Part shown: in pieces, positions 30,669 through 41,019 of the stretch
How positions within the stretch are numbered: the stretch's first letter is position 1
Layout: each line of letters begins with the position of its first letter
From: Longimicrobiales bacterium
GTDB lineage: Bacteria; Gemmatimonadota; Gemmatimonadetes; Longimicrobiales; Gaopeijiaceae
Assembly (NCBI GenBank): GCA_965226375.1
Contig: CBDDCX010000006.1
Coordinates: 192,001 to 256,000 of the forward strand
Direction: 5' to 3'
DNA: 64,000 nt
The notes under the pieces: model-generated
Databases searched by the model: none
Told to the model about the DNA's origin: nothing
What the model saw: the letters and a program-made list of their open reading frames with translations, nothing else
Position numbers and translations under genes: made by a program

Positions 30669-31709
30669 ATGACCGAACGACGCGAGATCACGACGCCCGA
30701 GGCGCTTCAGGAAGACGCCACCGTCGAGCCGTCCCTCAGGCCCCACCGCCTGGACGAGTTCATCGGCCAGGACAAGGTGCGCGAGACTCTGTCGATCGCC
30801 ATCGAGGCCGCGAAGCAGCGCAGGGAGCCGCTGGACCACCTGCTCTTCCATGGCCCGCCCGGGCTCGGGAAAACTACGCTCGCCTCGCTCATCGCCCGCG
30901 AGATGGGGGTCAGCTTCAAAAGCACGTCCGGCCCCGTCTTGGAAAAGCCTGCTGACCTCGTAGGCATGCTCACGAACCAGCAGGAGGGTGACGTCATCTT
31001 CATCGACGAGATCCACCGGCTCCGCCCCATCATCGAGGAGTTCCTCTACCCGGCCATGGAGGACTACCGGGTCGAGATCCGCCTGGCCGACGGCCCCCGG
31101 GCCCAGACCATGACCATGGACATCGAGAAGTTCACACTCGTGGGGGCCACGACGCGGTTCGGGCTTCTCACCGCGCCCATGCGGGCACGGTTCGGGATCA
31201 TCCAGAGGCTGAACTTCTACCCGCCCGAGGAGTTGGCGGTGATCGTGTCGCGGAGCGCGTACATCCTCGACGTGGAGTGCTCGACCGAGGGGACTGAGAT
31301 TCTGGCCCGGCGGGCGCGGGGGACTCCGCGAGTGGCGAACCGGCTGCTCAGGCGGGTCCGGGACTTTGCGCAGGTGAAGGCCGAGGGGATCATCACCACC
31401 CAGGTCGCCGAGGATGCGCTGGAGATGTTGGAGGTGGATCAGTACGGCCTGGACGAGATGGACGGGCGGGTGCTGAAGACGCTGATCGAGAAGTTCGAGG
31501 GCGGGCCGGTGGGGCTGGAGACGTTAGCCGTGGCGCTCGGTGAGGATGTGTCGACGCTGGAGGAGGTGTACGAGCCGTTCCTGATACAGGAAGGGTTTAT
31601 ACAGAGGACGCCGCGGGGGCGGGTGGCGACGGTGCGGGCGTATAAGCGGTTTGGGTATCAGGCGCCGAAGGAGGGTGAGGTGGGGGGGCAGTCGTCGCTG
31701 TTCGAGTAG
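30669..31709 (+). CDS. ruvB: Holliday junction helicase RuvB
   Basis: [37 protein letters not shown]. Confidence 0.97.
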   Translation: MTERREITTPEALQEDATVEPSLRPHRLDEFIGQDKVRETLSIAIEAAKQRREPLDHLLFHGPPGLGKTTLASLIAREMGVSFKSTSGPVLEKPADLVGMLTNQQEGDVIFIDEIHRLRPIIEEFLYPAMEDYRVEIRLADGPRAQTMTMDIEKFTLVGATTRFGLLTAPMRARFGIIQRLNFYPPEELAVIVSRSAYILDVECSTEGTEILARRARGTPRVANRLLRRVRDFAQVKAEGIITTQVAEDALEMLEVDQYGLDEMDGRVLKTLIEKFEGGPVGLETLAVALGEDVSTLEEVYEPFLIQEGFIQRTPRGRVATVRAYKRFGYQAPKEGEVGGQSSLFE

Positions 31710-31733
31710 GGGGATGGGGTTTGTGTAGTTGGG

Positions 31734-31831
31734 CGTTTCCGCGGAAACGTGGGGGCGGGTTGATACGGATTTGGGACGTTCGATGTAGTCGGGGCGGTGT
31801 TGCATTGCCGGAAGACGTTTCCGCGGAAACG
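31734..31831. repeat. Two copies of 16-bp perfect palindrome CGTTTCCGCGGAAACG
   Basis: At 31734-31749 and 31816-31831 in the ruvB-queA spacer. Confidence 0.9.
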
Positions 31832-31900
31832 CGGGGGCGCTTTGATGTGTCGATCGGCGGCCGGGCGATTCCATGTGTCCTTGGGACCTGACGTAGGCGC

Positions 31901-33001
31901 GTGATGCGGGGGCTGGATCGGCGCGTGAAGGACGGGACGCGGGTTTCGGATTACGAGTACGAGCTTCCTCCCGGGCAGATCGCCCGATATCACGCTGAGC
32001 GCAGGGACCAGAGCCGGTTGCTGGTGGTGCCGAGGGATGGTGGGCCGCTTCAGCATCGGGTGTTTTCGGATCTGGTCGATCTTATCGATCCCGGTGACGT
32101 GCTTGTCGTGAACGAGACTCGGGTGGCTCCGGCCCGATTGCTGGGGCGGAAGCCTACTGGGGCGCCTTCGGAGGTGTTGCTGCTTCGGCCGTGGGGCGGG
32201 GGAGGGGCTGCCTCCGCGCTCGATCCGGAGTCGGATGAGACGACCATTTGGGAGGCGCTGGTCCGGCCCGGCGGGAAGCTCAAGCCGGGGCGGGTGGTGA
32301 ATGTCGCGCCGGGGTTCGATGTGGAGATCGTGGATGGGGCGCCGGGCGGTGGGCGGATCGTGCGGTTGGTCGTGGAAGGATCTGTGCGGGAGGCTCTTGA
32401 GAATCACGGGCATGTGCCGTTACCGCCGTATCTGGGGCGGGAGGACGAGCCGCTGGATCGAGAGCGGTATCAGACTGTGTACGCCCGGGTGCCGGGGTCG
32501 GTGGCTGCGCCCACCGCTGGGCTGCACTTCACGCCGGAGCTGCTACAGAAGATCGAGGCGAAGGGCGTGGAGCGGGTGGCCGTTACCCTGGACGTGGGGG
32601 TGGGGACGTTCCGGCCGGTCGAGGTCGATGACCCGGCCGAGCATGATATGCACAGCGAGTCGTTTTTCGTTCCGGATGAGACGGCCGAGGTGATTAATGT
32701 TGCGCGTAGGGAGGGGCGGAAGATTTGGGCGGTCGGCACCACTGTGGTGCGCACGCTCGAGAGTGCGGCGCGTGAGGGGGTGGTGGTTGGGGGGGGTGGG
32801 GTGACGGAGCTGTTCGTTCGACCGGGCCACGCGTTTGGGGTGGTGGACGGGCTCGTTACGAACTTTCATTTGCCAAGGTCGACGCTTTTGATGTTAGTCG
32901 CAGCGTTCGGCGGGTACGAGAGGGTGATGGAGGCTTATGGGGCGGCGGTTCTTGAGGGCTACAGGTTCTACTCGTACGGGGATGCGATGGTGGTGGGGTA
33001 G
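31901..33001 (+). CDS. queA: SAM:tRNA ribosyltransferase-isomerase QueA
   Basis: PLPPY, RYQTVYA, AAPTAGLHFT, AVGTT, TNFHLPRSTL, YRFYSYGDAM. Confidence 0.96.
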   Translation: MMRGLDRRVKDGTRVSDYEYELPPGQIARYHAERRDQSRLLVVPRDGGPLQHRVFSDLVDLIDPGDVLVVNETRVAPARLLGRKPTGAPSEVLLLRPWGGGGAASALDPESDETTIWEALVRPGGKLKPGRVVNVAPGFDVEIVDGAPGGGRIVRLVVEGSVREALENHGHVPLPPYLGREDEPLDRERYQTVYARVPGSVAAPTAGLHFTPELLQKIEAKGVERVAVTLDVGVGTFRPVEVDDPAEHDMHSESFFVPDETAEVINVARREGRKIWAVGTTVVRTLESAAREGVVVGGGGVTELFVRPGHAFGVVDGLVTNFHLPRSTLLMLVAAFGGYERVMEAYGAAVLEGYRFYSYGDAMVVG

Positions 33002-33068
33002 GGGGGGATGCCCTGGTCGCCTGACGCATGCAGGACGAGACCGGCGGTGCCGGGGTGATGTTCGCCCG

Positions 33069-34463
33069 GGTCAAGTCCCGAGTTGTGTGTAAAAGTGAGA
33101 GGAAGCTCCTCGATGCTTCTGTTAGGCTGCCTTGGCGACCTCCTTCGGTTCGAGAAGCGTGAGATCCAGGTAGCGACGTTCGCTCCAGGCCGCAGTAGTC
33201 CTTAGAGCAACCGCAGTGATGAGGCGGAGCGCGCTGGCTCGGTCGGGGAAGGCGCCGGCGCTCCGGATCCGACGCTTGATCTCGGTGTGCAGGCGCTCGA
33301 GGCTGTTCGTGGTGCGCAGTCGGGCCCAGTGGGGCTCGGGGAACGCGTAGAACTGGGTGGCGGCCGTGAAGCCCCGCTCAAGCACGTTGACTGCCTCGGG
33401 GAGCTCCTTGTGCCAGCGCGCCGTGATCTCGGCCAGGCGCTTCTTCGACTCAGCGAGCCCGGGGGCCCGGAAGACGGCGGCAACCTCGCGCGCCACACGC
33501 TTGCGCAGGCGATGCGGGACCTTGGCCAGCACGTTGCGTTGCAGGTGGACAGTACAGCGCTGGCAGCGCACCTCGGGCAGGAAGCGGCGCACCGCGGCTG
33601 CCAGGCCCGCGTGCTCATCCGCGATCACGAGCTGGACGCCGCTGAGACCACGCTCCAGGAGTTGCTCGAGGAGCTCCGACCAGCTGTTCTCCGATTCCTC
33701 AGGGCCCAGCGTGATGCCCAGGAGCCGGCGGTGGCCGTCCGGGCCCACGGCGTAGGCCACGAGCGCGCTCACGTTCTCGACCTTTCGGGCCCAGCGGGCA
33801 TCGAGGAACGTCGCGTCCAGGTACAGGTAGGGGTGGGCCCCCTCGATGGGTGCACTCCGCAGCGTTTGCACGCCCTCGTCGAGCCGCTTCGCGACCCGGC
33901 TCACCGTCGAGCGTCCCACGCGCTCACCCATGAGTGCCTCGGTCACGTCGCCCATCTTGCGCTGCGACACGCCGCTCACGTAGGCCTCCACCATCATCGC
34001 ATCGACTTCTTCACTCCTGCGCTGGTAGCGACCCATCACGTCGGCGGGCGAGCCGCCTTCCCGGCTGCGCGGGACCGTCACGTCGATCTGACCCAGGCTC
34101 GTAAGCAGGCGCCTCAGATACGTCCCGTTCCTGTGGCCCTTCCGGCTGCCGACCCGCTCGAATCGTCGCGCTCCGACCATCGCCTTCAACTCCTCCTCCA
34201 ACACCATCTCGAGCGTTAGCCGGATCGCGCCCTGAAACAGCGACTTCAAATCCTGACGCAGCTCGTCTTGCGTGGCCCGCTCAACTTCGACCATCTTTTC
34301 CATGAGGAAGCTCCTTGTTCCGGTTCCGACCTGCTCACGCAGGCCGGACTCCCGGGTTCATGTGATGATGAACAATTCACAAGGAGCTTCCTCTTTCTTT
34401 TCCGGGCTGTCCACCCTCCTCGGACGCCCTCACCCCCTTTTACACAATCTTAGTGACACTACC
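33069..34463 (-). mobile_element. IS256-family insertion sequence, copy 1 (1395 bp)
   Basis: Imperfect TIRs GGT...TGTGTAAAAG; 8-bp TSD TTCGCCCG (33061-33068, 34464-34471). Confidence 0.95.
33122..34303 (-). CDS. IS256-family (Mutator) transposase
   Basis: RNG, YLYLDA, VIADEHAGL, QRCTVH, RTTNSLERLH. Confidence 0.95.
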   Translation of the reverse strand: MEKMVEVERATQDELRQDLKSLFQGAIRLTLEMVLEEELKAMVGARRFERVGSRKGHRNGTYLRRLLTSLGQIDVTVPRSREGGSPADVMGRYQRRSEEVDAMMVEAYVSGVSQRKMGDVTEALMGERVGRSTVSRVAKRLDEGVQTLRSAPIEGAHPYLYLDATFLDARWARKVENVSALVAYAVGPDGHRRLLGITLGPEESENSWSELLEQLLERGLSGVQLVIADEHAGLAAAVRRFLPEVRCQRCTVHLQRNVLAKVPHRLRKRVAREVAAVFRAPGLAESKKRLAEITARWHKELPEAVNVLERGFTAATQFYAFPEPHWARLRTTNSLERLHTEIKRRIRSAGAFPDRASALRLITAVALRTTAAWSERRYLDLTLLEPKEVAKAA

Positions 34464-34527
34464 TTCGCCCGGGCGTCACACGGAAGCCCCGTGGAGTCGA
34501 GGGCGTGGAGCGACGGCGTCGCCCATT

Positions 34528-34830
34528 TCAAGGTCCCTCGCGGGGATCCGTCTGCGAGCGACCCGGGAGCGGCTCGTCCAGGGGACTCCGGATGCCTTGC
34601 AGCTGACGCTTCGAGACGTGGGTGTAGATCTCGGTCGTCTTCACGCTGGCGTGCCCGAGGAGCTCTTGGATGAGGCGCACGTCGGCGCCCGCCTCGTGGA
34701 GATGTGTGGCGAAGGTGTGTCGGAGGACATGAGGCGTGACGGGCTTGTTGATGCCCGCCCGCACGCGGGCGGCGGCCGTGATCTTCTGGACGCTCCGTGT
34801 GGTCAGATGGCGGCCCACGAGGGCCCCGCG
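34528..34830 (-). pseudogene. Tyrosine recombinase C-terminal fragment (integron-like integrase)
   Basis: TPHVLRHTFATHL, IQELLGH, TTEIYTHV, C-terminal IRSPLD; N-terminal portion absent. Confidence 0.9.
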
Positions 34831-35049
34831 GGATTGCTAGTCGATTTGGAGCGGAACCAAGGATGCTCGGCCGCAACGACGAGGCAATCGAGTTCTTGAC
34901 CCAAGCCGATCCTGAAAGCGGCGGCCGTGATCTTCTGGACGCTCCGTGTTGCGCCCCGCGGGTGCTAGTCGATTTGGAGCGGAACCAAGGATGCTCGGCC
35001 GCAACGACGAGGCAATCGAGTTCTTGACCCAAGCCGATCCTGAAAGCGG
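34769..35049. repeat. Imperfect tandem duplication (period 149 bp) spanning the integrase/TPR junction
   Basis: GCGGCGGCCGTGATCTTCTGGACGCTCCGTGT at 34769 and 34918; TGCTAGTCGATTTGGAGC...CCTGAAAGCGG twice. Confidence 0.9.
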
Positions 35050-35806
35050 ATGGTTGCGAGGGTTTGATGAGTATTGGGTTCTTCTGACGCTGGCTTACCA
35101 CCAGCTCGGCGACTACGAGCGGGAACTCGAGGCTGTGGACCGCATGCTTCAGTTAAACCCGGAACGGTCTCGGATCGCCCTCGGGATCGAGATGGGTGTC
35201 TTGGCTGCCGAGGGACGCATCGAAGAACTTGGCACCCGTATTCCGGGACTTCTCCAATCTTACCACGGGGGTTCTACCGACGGGTTGTTCGATTGGTTTA
35301 CGGAGCTTCACTCCCACGGATATCCGGGCGCAGCCTCAAACTTGTTGGGCCGTGCCCTCGAATGGTTTGAGGACAGGCCTTCCGATTGGAGACGGGATCC
35401 CGGCCAATCCTTCGTATATGGGAACTTGCTCAGTCGCGCCGGACGTTGGGGCGAGGCGCAGGCAGTCCTAGAAGGCGTAGTGGCCGACACTCGTTTCACT
35501 GGCAAAGCGAACAGAATGGCCCTATTGGAGCTGGCGTATGTGTTGGCAAGCCAAGGTTACCGGAACCAAGCCTATAGGGCGGTCAGCCTAAGCCAATGGA
35601 ATGATATCGGAGTTCACACCTGGGTCGAGGCTGCTCTCGGTGAGCGGGAGCGAGCGATGGAGCTATTGCGTGAAATCCGAGCACAGAGGGATGGAGCAAA
35701 GGTGGATATGCTGGATATGCACGGCGGATATCTAAGCCTGCACCGGCTTGAATCGATGAGGGACTATCCGCCGTTTGTTGAGGAATTCCTCAGGCCAAAC
35801 GGGTAG
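34991..35806 (+). pseudogene. TPR-like helical protein fragment (resembles C-terminal halves of kinase-TPR proteins), 5'-truncated
   Basis: Helical repeats, ends LESMRDYPPF...LRPNG; lower GC than flanks; 5' end lies in the duplicated junction. Confidence 0.55.
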
Positions 35807-36047
35807 CCGGCCCCGCACTGCCGCGTTCTCCTCCCGTGCTGTTCCGCTCGCAGAGGCCGAGCCCCACCCTCACGGTCGAACATCCGATTCCTTTTGAGGA
35901 TGATGTCGTCGGAATGCAGTCTGACGGAAGTCCGACGGAAGTCCTTTTCCCCCCTAGCATGGCACGCCCTTGCTCATGCAGCATGAGGTCTTTGATGGTC
36001 GAAGGATACGACTAGACTACGTGGCTGAGGTTGAGCAGCGTCACATC

Positions 36048-36203
36048 ATATAACACTGGGCCTCCGGCTCGGGCGGCCCCCGGCGACCCTCGACGCAACC
36101 GGCCCACGAGCGGTGTGCCGTGAATAAGGCGCTGGCGACAACATCCGTTGCGGGTTACCTGAACGTGGTCGACGGGCCGGTTCGGAGGCCCTGAACGTTA
36201 GAT
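36048..36203 (+). repeat. attC-like site A
   Basis: ATATAAC-ACTGGGCCTCCG...AACCGGCC...GGGCCGGTTCGGAGGCCCTGAAC-GTTAGAT. Confidence 0.85.
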
Positions 36204-36282
36204 GACATCTCCGCTTAGGGGATGGCAGGGTGGAGAGGCCTTCTATGTCAACGTATGACTTGCGTAAATACCAATCATGTGT

Positions 36283-36296
36283 CAAGTTATAACTTG
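36283..36296. promoter_or_regulatory. 14-bp palindrome CAAGTTATAACTTG, probable operator
   Basis: Perfect palindrome in AT-rich region upstream of HTH gene. Confidence 0.5.
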
Positions 36297-36334
36297 CTAT
36301 CAGTCCTATGCATTGCAACCTATGGCTTTACACT

Positions 36335-36811
36335 ATGTCCGAACGTCCCGTTGATGTGATTGCGCGCCGGCAGCTCGACGAACGGCTGGCCAACATCCGC
36401 GCGGCAAGTGGCCTGTTTGAGCGCCCCCGTCGCGGGTGGATCGCGACGCTTCGACGGGCGCTGGGTATGCCTCAGGCTCACCTTGCCCACCGGATGCGCC
36501 TTTCGCGGCAGGCCATCAGCCAACTTGAGAAGCGAGAGGTCGACGGTTCTATCACACTCAGTGCCTTGGAACAGGCAGCGGAAGCACTCGGTGCGCGTGT
36601 CGTCTACGCTGTTGTCCCTGAGCGACCGCTTCTGGCCACGCTATCGGACCGCGCCTTGAAACTCGCGACTCGGATAACGGGCTCCGTCCGTCACACCATG
36701 CGGTTGGAGGACCAAGACCCTGGCTCGGACCTAGAACGTAGGACTCTCGATCTAGCTGCAAGCCTTATCGAGTCTCCGTCGCGGCTCTGGTCAGTGATTG
36801 ATGAGCGATGA
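36335..36811 (+). CDS. Mobile mystery protein A (XRE-type HTH)
   Basis: RRQLDERL, PRRGWIATLRRALGM, EVDGSITLSAL, TMRLEDQ, PSRLW. Confidence 0.85.
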   Translation: MSERPVDVIARRQLDERLANIRAASGLFERPRRGWIATLRRALGMPQAHLAHRMRLSRQAISQLEKREVDGSITLSALEQAAEALGARVVYAVVPERPLLATLSDRALKLATRITGSVRHTMRLEDQDPGSDLERRTLDLAASLIESPSRLWSVIDER

Positions 36812-37379
36812 TCTTCCCACTGGGGCGACTCCGATCGACCCCGATGAGGCCGAAGGGCTAATACCCGAGCATGTGGCAACGCGTGGCGAACTCGACGAAC
36901 TTGAGGAGGCGAACATCCAAGAGGGCCTGGAATGGGCACTCAGGAGTTCGAGGGAGGTCTTGTCGGAGGAGTTCCTCTACGAATTGCATCGCCGCATGTT
37001 CGACGCGATTTGGACGTGGGCCAGAAAGGTACGATTGACCGACAAGAACATCGGGGTCGACAAGAACATCGTCCGAACCGAGGTGCGGAAGCTGATTGAA
37101 GACGCTCACTACTGGCGAGAGAACACGGTGTACGAACCCGACGAGTTGGCCGTTCGCTTTCATCACAGACTTGTCTCCATTCACCCCTTTCCAAACGGCA
37201 ACGGTCGTCACGCGAGGCTCATGGCTGACCTGCTCGCACGGGAACTGGGTGAGAGCGCCTTCTCATGGGGTGGAGTCAGCCTGACGAACACCTCGGATCT
37301 ACGTACCGAATACATCGGCGCCCTGCGCGCCGCGGACGGAGGGAACGTCGACCCACTTCTGAAGTTCGCTCGATCGTAG
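36801..37379 (+). CDS. Mobile mystery protein B (Fic domain)
   Basis: GATPIDPDEAEGLIP, EEANI, Fic motif HPFPNGNGRHAR. Confidence 0.9.
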   Translation: MSDDLPTGATPIDPDEAEGLIPEHVATRGELDELEEANIQEGLEWALRSSREVLSEEFLYELHRRMFDAIWTWARKVRLTDKNIGVDKNIVRTEVRKLIEDAHYWRENTVYEPDELAVRFHHRLVSIHPFPNGNGRHARLMADLLARELGESAFSWGGVSLTNTSDLRTEYIGALRAADGGNVDPLLKFARS

Positions 37380-37431
37380 TGAGACCCTAGGAGGGGGCGT
37401 GCCCACGACTATGGCCGGAGTAGACGACGGC

Positions 37432-37584
37432 ACATAACACTGGGCCTCCGGCTCGGGTCGCCTCCGGCGCCCCTCGACCCAACCGGCCGCCACCGGGAGG
37501 GAGTTGGGACACGGAAGTGGTAGGTCGAAGAAGGCAGAAGTAACGAACGAAGGCGGGCCGGTTCGGAGGCCCTGAACGTTATCG
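37432..37584 (+). repeat. attC-like site B
   Basis: ACATAAC...same arms...GTTATCG. Confidence 0.85.
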
Positions 37585-37790
37585 GACAGCGCGAACGCGT
37601 ACGAGTGCGTCATGGGCACGGAGCTCCTGGAGTACGTCTGATTGAACCAGGACTTCGGTAGTGCTGGTCAAGAGCGTCGTCTTTGGAGTTGGTTGGGACC
37701 TAGCCTACGGTCTACTCCAATAACTACGATCTGAAACCAAGACTCGTTCTGTCTCCTTGCCGCTTGCTTGTAGCTGAAGGGATAAGGCCC

Positions 37791-38816
37791 ATGAGTCCAA
37801 GATTGGCACGTCACCTGCGGGACGCTGTCCCGGTCATCGTCTTCTTTGTGATTGTGGCGTTCACGTGGGACAATGTCAGGTGGTACCTAGCACCCGAGGA
37901 CGGGCCGCGGGAGCCCCTGACCGTCATGTTCATCGGGGTGCTCCTGGCCCTACCCCTGATCGCACTCGAGTCTTCGGCCCTGGCGGAGCGTTTTCGTCGT
38001 CGCCCGTTCTGGGCTGCGGTCCTTCTCAAGACCATGACCTACGTCGCCGCACTGGCCGCAATCATCCTGGGCGTGGGAATGATCTTAGGGAGACTCGAAG
38101 GCCGCACGTTCGACGAATTCGTCGAGGCCTTGCCGCGGAATCTCGCGGCGATGGCTACGGCGTTCCTTCTCTACATGGTGATCATCTTTCTACGGCAGCT
38201 GGACCGCCTTCTCGGGCCCGGCGTGTTGCTGCGCTACGTCACCGGTCGGTACCACCGTCCGCGGCGAGAGCAGCGGGTCTTCATGTTCGTCGACATCACG
38301 AGTTCTACCGAACTCTCCGAGCGTCTCTCGCTCGAGGCCTATTACGGGCTGGTCAACGATTTCTTCCACGACGTGTCAAGGCCGGTGTTGGATACGCGCG
38401 GCGAGATCTACCAATACGTGGGCGACGAAGTCGTAATCACGTGGAAGCTCGACCAGGGAGTCAAAGACGCCAACTGCGTCCGGGCGTTCTTCCAGATCGA
38501 TGCAGCGGTCCGCGCGAACGCCGACCGGTACCTGACGCGGTACGGGGCCGTGCCCGATTTCAAGGCCGGTCTGCACTCGGGTGAGGTGATCGCGGCAGAA
38601 ATGGGAGATCTCAAAAAGGAGATCGTGTTCAACGGTGAGACGTTGAACGTGACGGCGCGGATTCAGGGGGAATGCAATCGTCTTGGTCGACGACTTCTGG
38701 CGTCCCGCTCCCTCCTCGACCGCCTCGACCTCCCCGCTGAACTGACCGCGGAGCCCATGGGTGCGGTCGCGCTGCGAGGGGTTGGAGAGCCGACAGAGAT
38801 CGTTGCTTTCTCATAG
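37791..38816 (+). CDS. Membrane-anchored class III adenylate/guanylate cyclase
   Basis: Four N-terminal TM segments; FMFVDITSST, YVGDE, KAGLHSG, GETLNVTARIQ. Confidence 0.9.
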   Translation: MSPRLARHLRDAVPVIVFFVIVAFTWDNVRWYLAPEDGPREPLTVMFIGVLLALPLIALESSALAERFRRRPFWAAVLLKTMTYVAALAAIILGVGMILGRLEGRTFDEFVEALPRNLAAMATAFLLYMVIIFLRQLDRLLGPGVLLRYVTGRYHRPRREQRVFMFVDITSSTELSERLSLEAYYGLVNDFFHDVSRPVLDTRGEIYQYVGDEVVITWKLDQGVKDANCVRAFFQIDAAVRANADRYLTRYGAVPDFKAGLHSGEVIAAEMGDLKKEIVFNGETLNVTARIQGECNRLGRRLLASRSLLDRLDLPAELTAEPMGAVALRGVGEPTEIVAFS

Positions 38817-38889
38817 CGAGCCGCCGATTGTGACAGGCCCCTTGGATGGGGAATCCGGTGGCTGGCGAGCTGTCTGGGGCAGCGCCGTC

Positions 38890-39043
38890 AGCTAACATTG
38901 GGCCTCCGGCTCGGGCCATTCGGCCCTCGACGCAACCGGCCGCGGTTACCGTGTGGGCTTCGGTCGAAGGATGTGGCGCTAGACCTGAAGGAGCAGTATT
39001 GAACGACACAGATGGGCCGGTTCGGAGGCCCTGAACGTTAGCC
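38890..39043 (+). repeat. attC-like site C
   Basis: AGCTAAC...same arms...GTTAGCC. Confidence 0.85.
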
Positions 39044-39559
39044 GACAACCTTAGTCAGACGAATGCGGTGAGGAGGTAGATCGAGAATGCCTATGACCGA
39101 GGGACAGCTCGCGCTCATGATCATCGACGTGCAGGAGGGGATGTTCAACATCCCAGAAGCTGTCGTTCATGAACCCGAAGCGTTCTTGTCGCGCGTCTCC
39201 GGGCTGGTCGCGGACGGCCGCTCATCTGGCGTTCCAGTGATTTACATCCAACACCTTGGCGCGCCAGGACATCCGCTCGAACCCGGGACCGAGGGGAGCC
39301 GGATCCACCATGCGATCGCGCCGATAGCGGGCGAGCGGGTGATCCAGAAACGGGAGTCGGACGCCTTCCTAGGCACGAGCCTTCAGGCCGAGCTCGAGGA
39401 GTTGGGAGTAACAGGCCTCGTAGTGTGCGGGATGCAGACGGAGTACTGCGTGGACACGACGTGTCGCCGCGCCCACGGGCTCGGTTACAAGGTGTTTAGC
39501 GCCCCCGATTTCTCTGGACAGTAGATTGGCAAAGACAGCGGGTCCAGAGAGAAAGGGAC

Positions 39560-39922
39560 GTGATGGCCCAGAAGCCGAGGGAGAACAAGGCGACCGCAGG
39601 TCGTGAGAAGGTACCCGAGCGGTGGAGTGCCCAGCAGAAAACGGAGGTGGTGCTGCGCCTGCTACGGGGTGAGGACCTGGTGGAGGTCAGCCGCGAGGTA
39701 CAGGTCTCACCGCCGGAGCTGGAGGAATGGCGGCGGGTGTTCCTGGAGACCGGTCAGCAGGGACTGAGACGCCGGGGCCGAGACCCTGGAGAACGGGAGC
39801 TGACCCGGACCCGGGCGAAGCTGGGAGAGTTGACGATGCGACTGGAGCTTGCGAGAGAACTCCTGGAAAAAAGGGGGTACGGGGACGAGCTGGAGAAGCT
39901 CTTGAAGCGCGGACGCGGGTGA
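39560..39922 (+). CDS. IS3-family OrfA (HTH)
   Basis: RWSAQQKTEVVLRLLRGE, LEEWRRVF, KLGELTM. Confidence 0.85.
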   Translation: MMAQKPRENKATAGREKVPERWSAQQKTEVVLRLLRGEDLVEVSREVQVSPPELEEWRRVFLETGQQGLRRRGRDPGERELTRTRAKLGELTMRLELARELLEKRGYGDELEKLLKRGRG

Positions 39923-40805
39923 GTCCGGGGACAGGGCGGCTCTACCCTCTGACGATGATCTGCGAGGTCTGGCGGGTGGGGCGCTCGACGGTCTACGCGG
40001 CCCGAGATCGAGAAGAGAGCGACGGGCCGGCAGGGCTGAAGAAGCGCGGACCGAAGACGAAGCTGAGCGACGAGGAGTTGGTGGAGGAGATCCGACAGGT
40101 GCTGAAGGAGAGCGACTTCCTGGGCGAAGGCCACCGGAAGGTCCGGGCCCGTCTGAGAGCCAAGGGGATCGGTGTGGGCAAGAACCGCGTGCTGCGGCTG
40201 ATGCGGGAGAATGGGCTGCTGGCCCCCGTACGGCGCGGAAAGCACCCGCGTGGGGACCGGAGCCACAGCGGCCGGATCACGCGACGGATGTGCCGAACGA
40301 GCTGTGGGGTACGGACGCGACGCGGTTCTACACGAAGGAGGATGGGTGGTGCTGGTTCTTCGTGGCGGTGGATCACTGCATCACAGACGTGGTGGGCTGG
40401 CACGTGGCGAAGAAGGGCGATCGGTGGGCAGCGCTCGAGCCGATCCGCCAGGGTGTACGAACCCACATGGACGGCTACGCGCCCAAGATCGCTCTGGGGC
40501 TCGGCCTACGGCACGACTGGGGCCCTCAGTACACCGCCCATCAGTTCCAAGGAGAGCTGGCCTGGCTCGGGATCCGCTCGACGGCCTCGTACGTAGGAGA
40601 GCCGGAGTGCAACGGCGTCGCGGAACGCTTCATGCGGACGCTGAAGGAAGAGTGCCTGTACCTCCACGACTTCGAGAGCCTCGAGGAGGCCAGGCAGGAG
40701 ATCGATGCGTTCATCGAACGCTACAACCGCGGGTGGCTCCTGGAGCGGCACGGGTATCGGACCCCGGCCCAGGTCCGTCAGGAGCTCACCCTGAAGGCGG
40801 CATGA
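39919..40805 (+). pseudogene. IS3-family OrfB (DDE integrase core), frameshifted near 40282
   Basis: GEGHRKV, RVLRLMRE in one frame; WGTD, RHDWGPQY, NGVAERF in another; apparent extra CG in ATCACG(CG)ACGGAT. Confidence 0.85.
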
Positions 40806-41019
40806 TTAGGCCGCCGACTTGTCCAGGAAACCGGAACCGGTACAGGTGTTCCTAGCTCAGGACGCCCATACAACGGTGGACGCCGAATCATTGACAGCCG
40901 CGCAGATCATCGCGCACCACAACGAAACCCTAGGTAGCGCGTATGTGACGCTATGCCACGCGGAGGAAGCGTTCGCGTAGGTTGGGAGGTGTCGGATCGG
41001 CTGAGCGGCCACGGTCATC

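Larger units (their letters stand above)
39495..40844 (+). mobile_element. IS3-family insertion sequence (1350 bp)
   Basis: Imperfect TIRs (TTTAGCGCCCCCGATTTCTCTGGACA / TGTCCAGGAAACCGGAACCGGTACA); 4-bp TSD GGTG. Confidence 0.88.
39087..40980 (+). pseudogene. Isochorismatase-family cysteine hydrolase split by IS3 element (39087-39494 + 40849-40980)
   Basis: IIDVQ, K..SDAF, GMQTEYCVDTT; frame resumes after the IS as FLAQDAHTT...IIAHHN. Confidence 0.9.

Noticed and set aside
40270..40295. Programmed frameshift in IS3 OrfB
   Set aside because: No slippery sequence, and the site is inside OrfB rather than at the OrfA/OrfB boundary; it looks like a 2-bp insertion.
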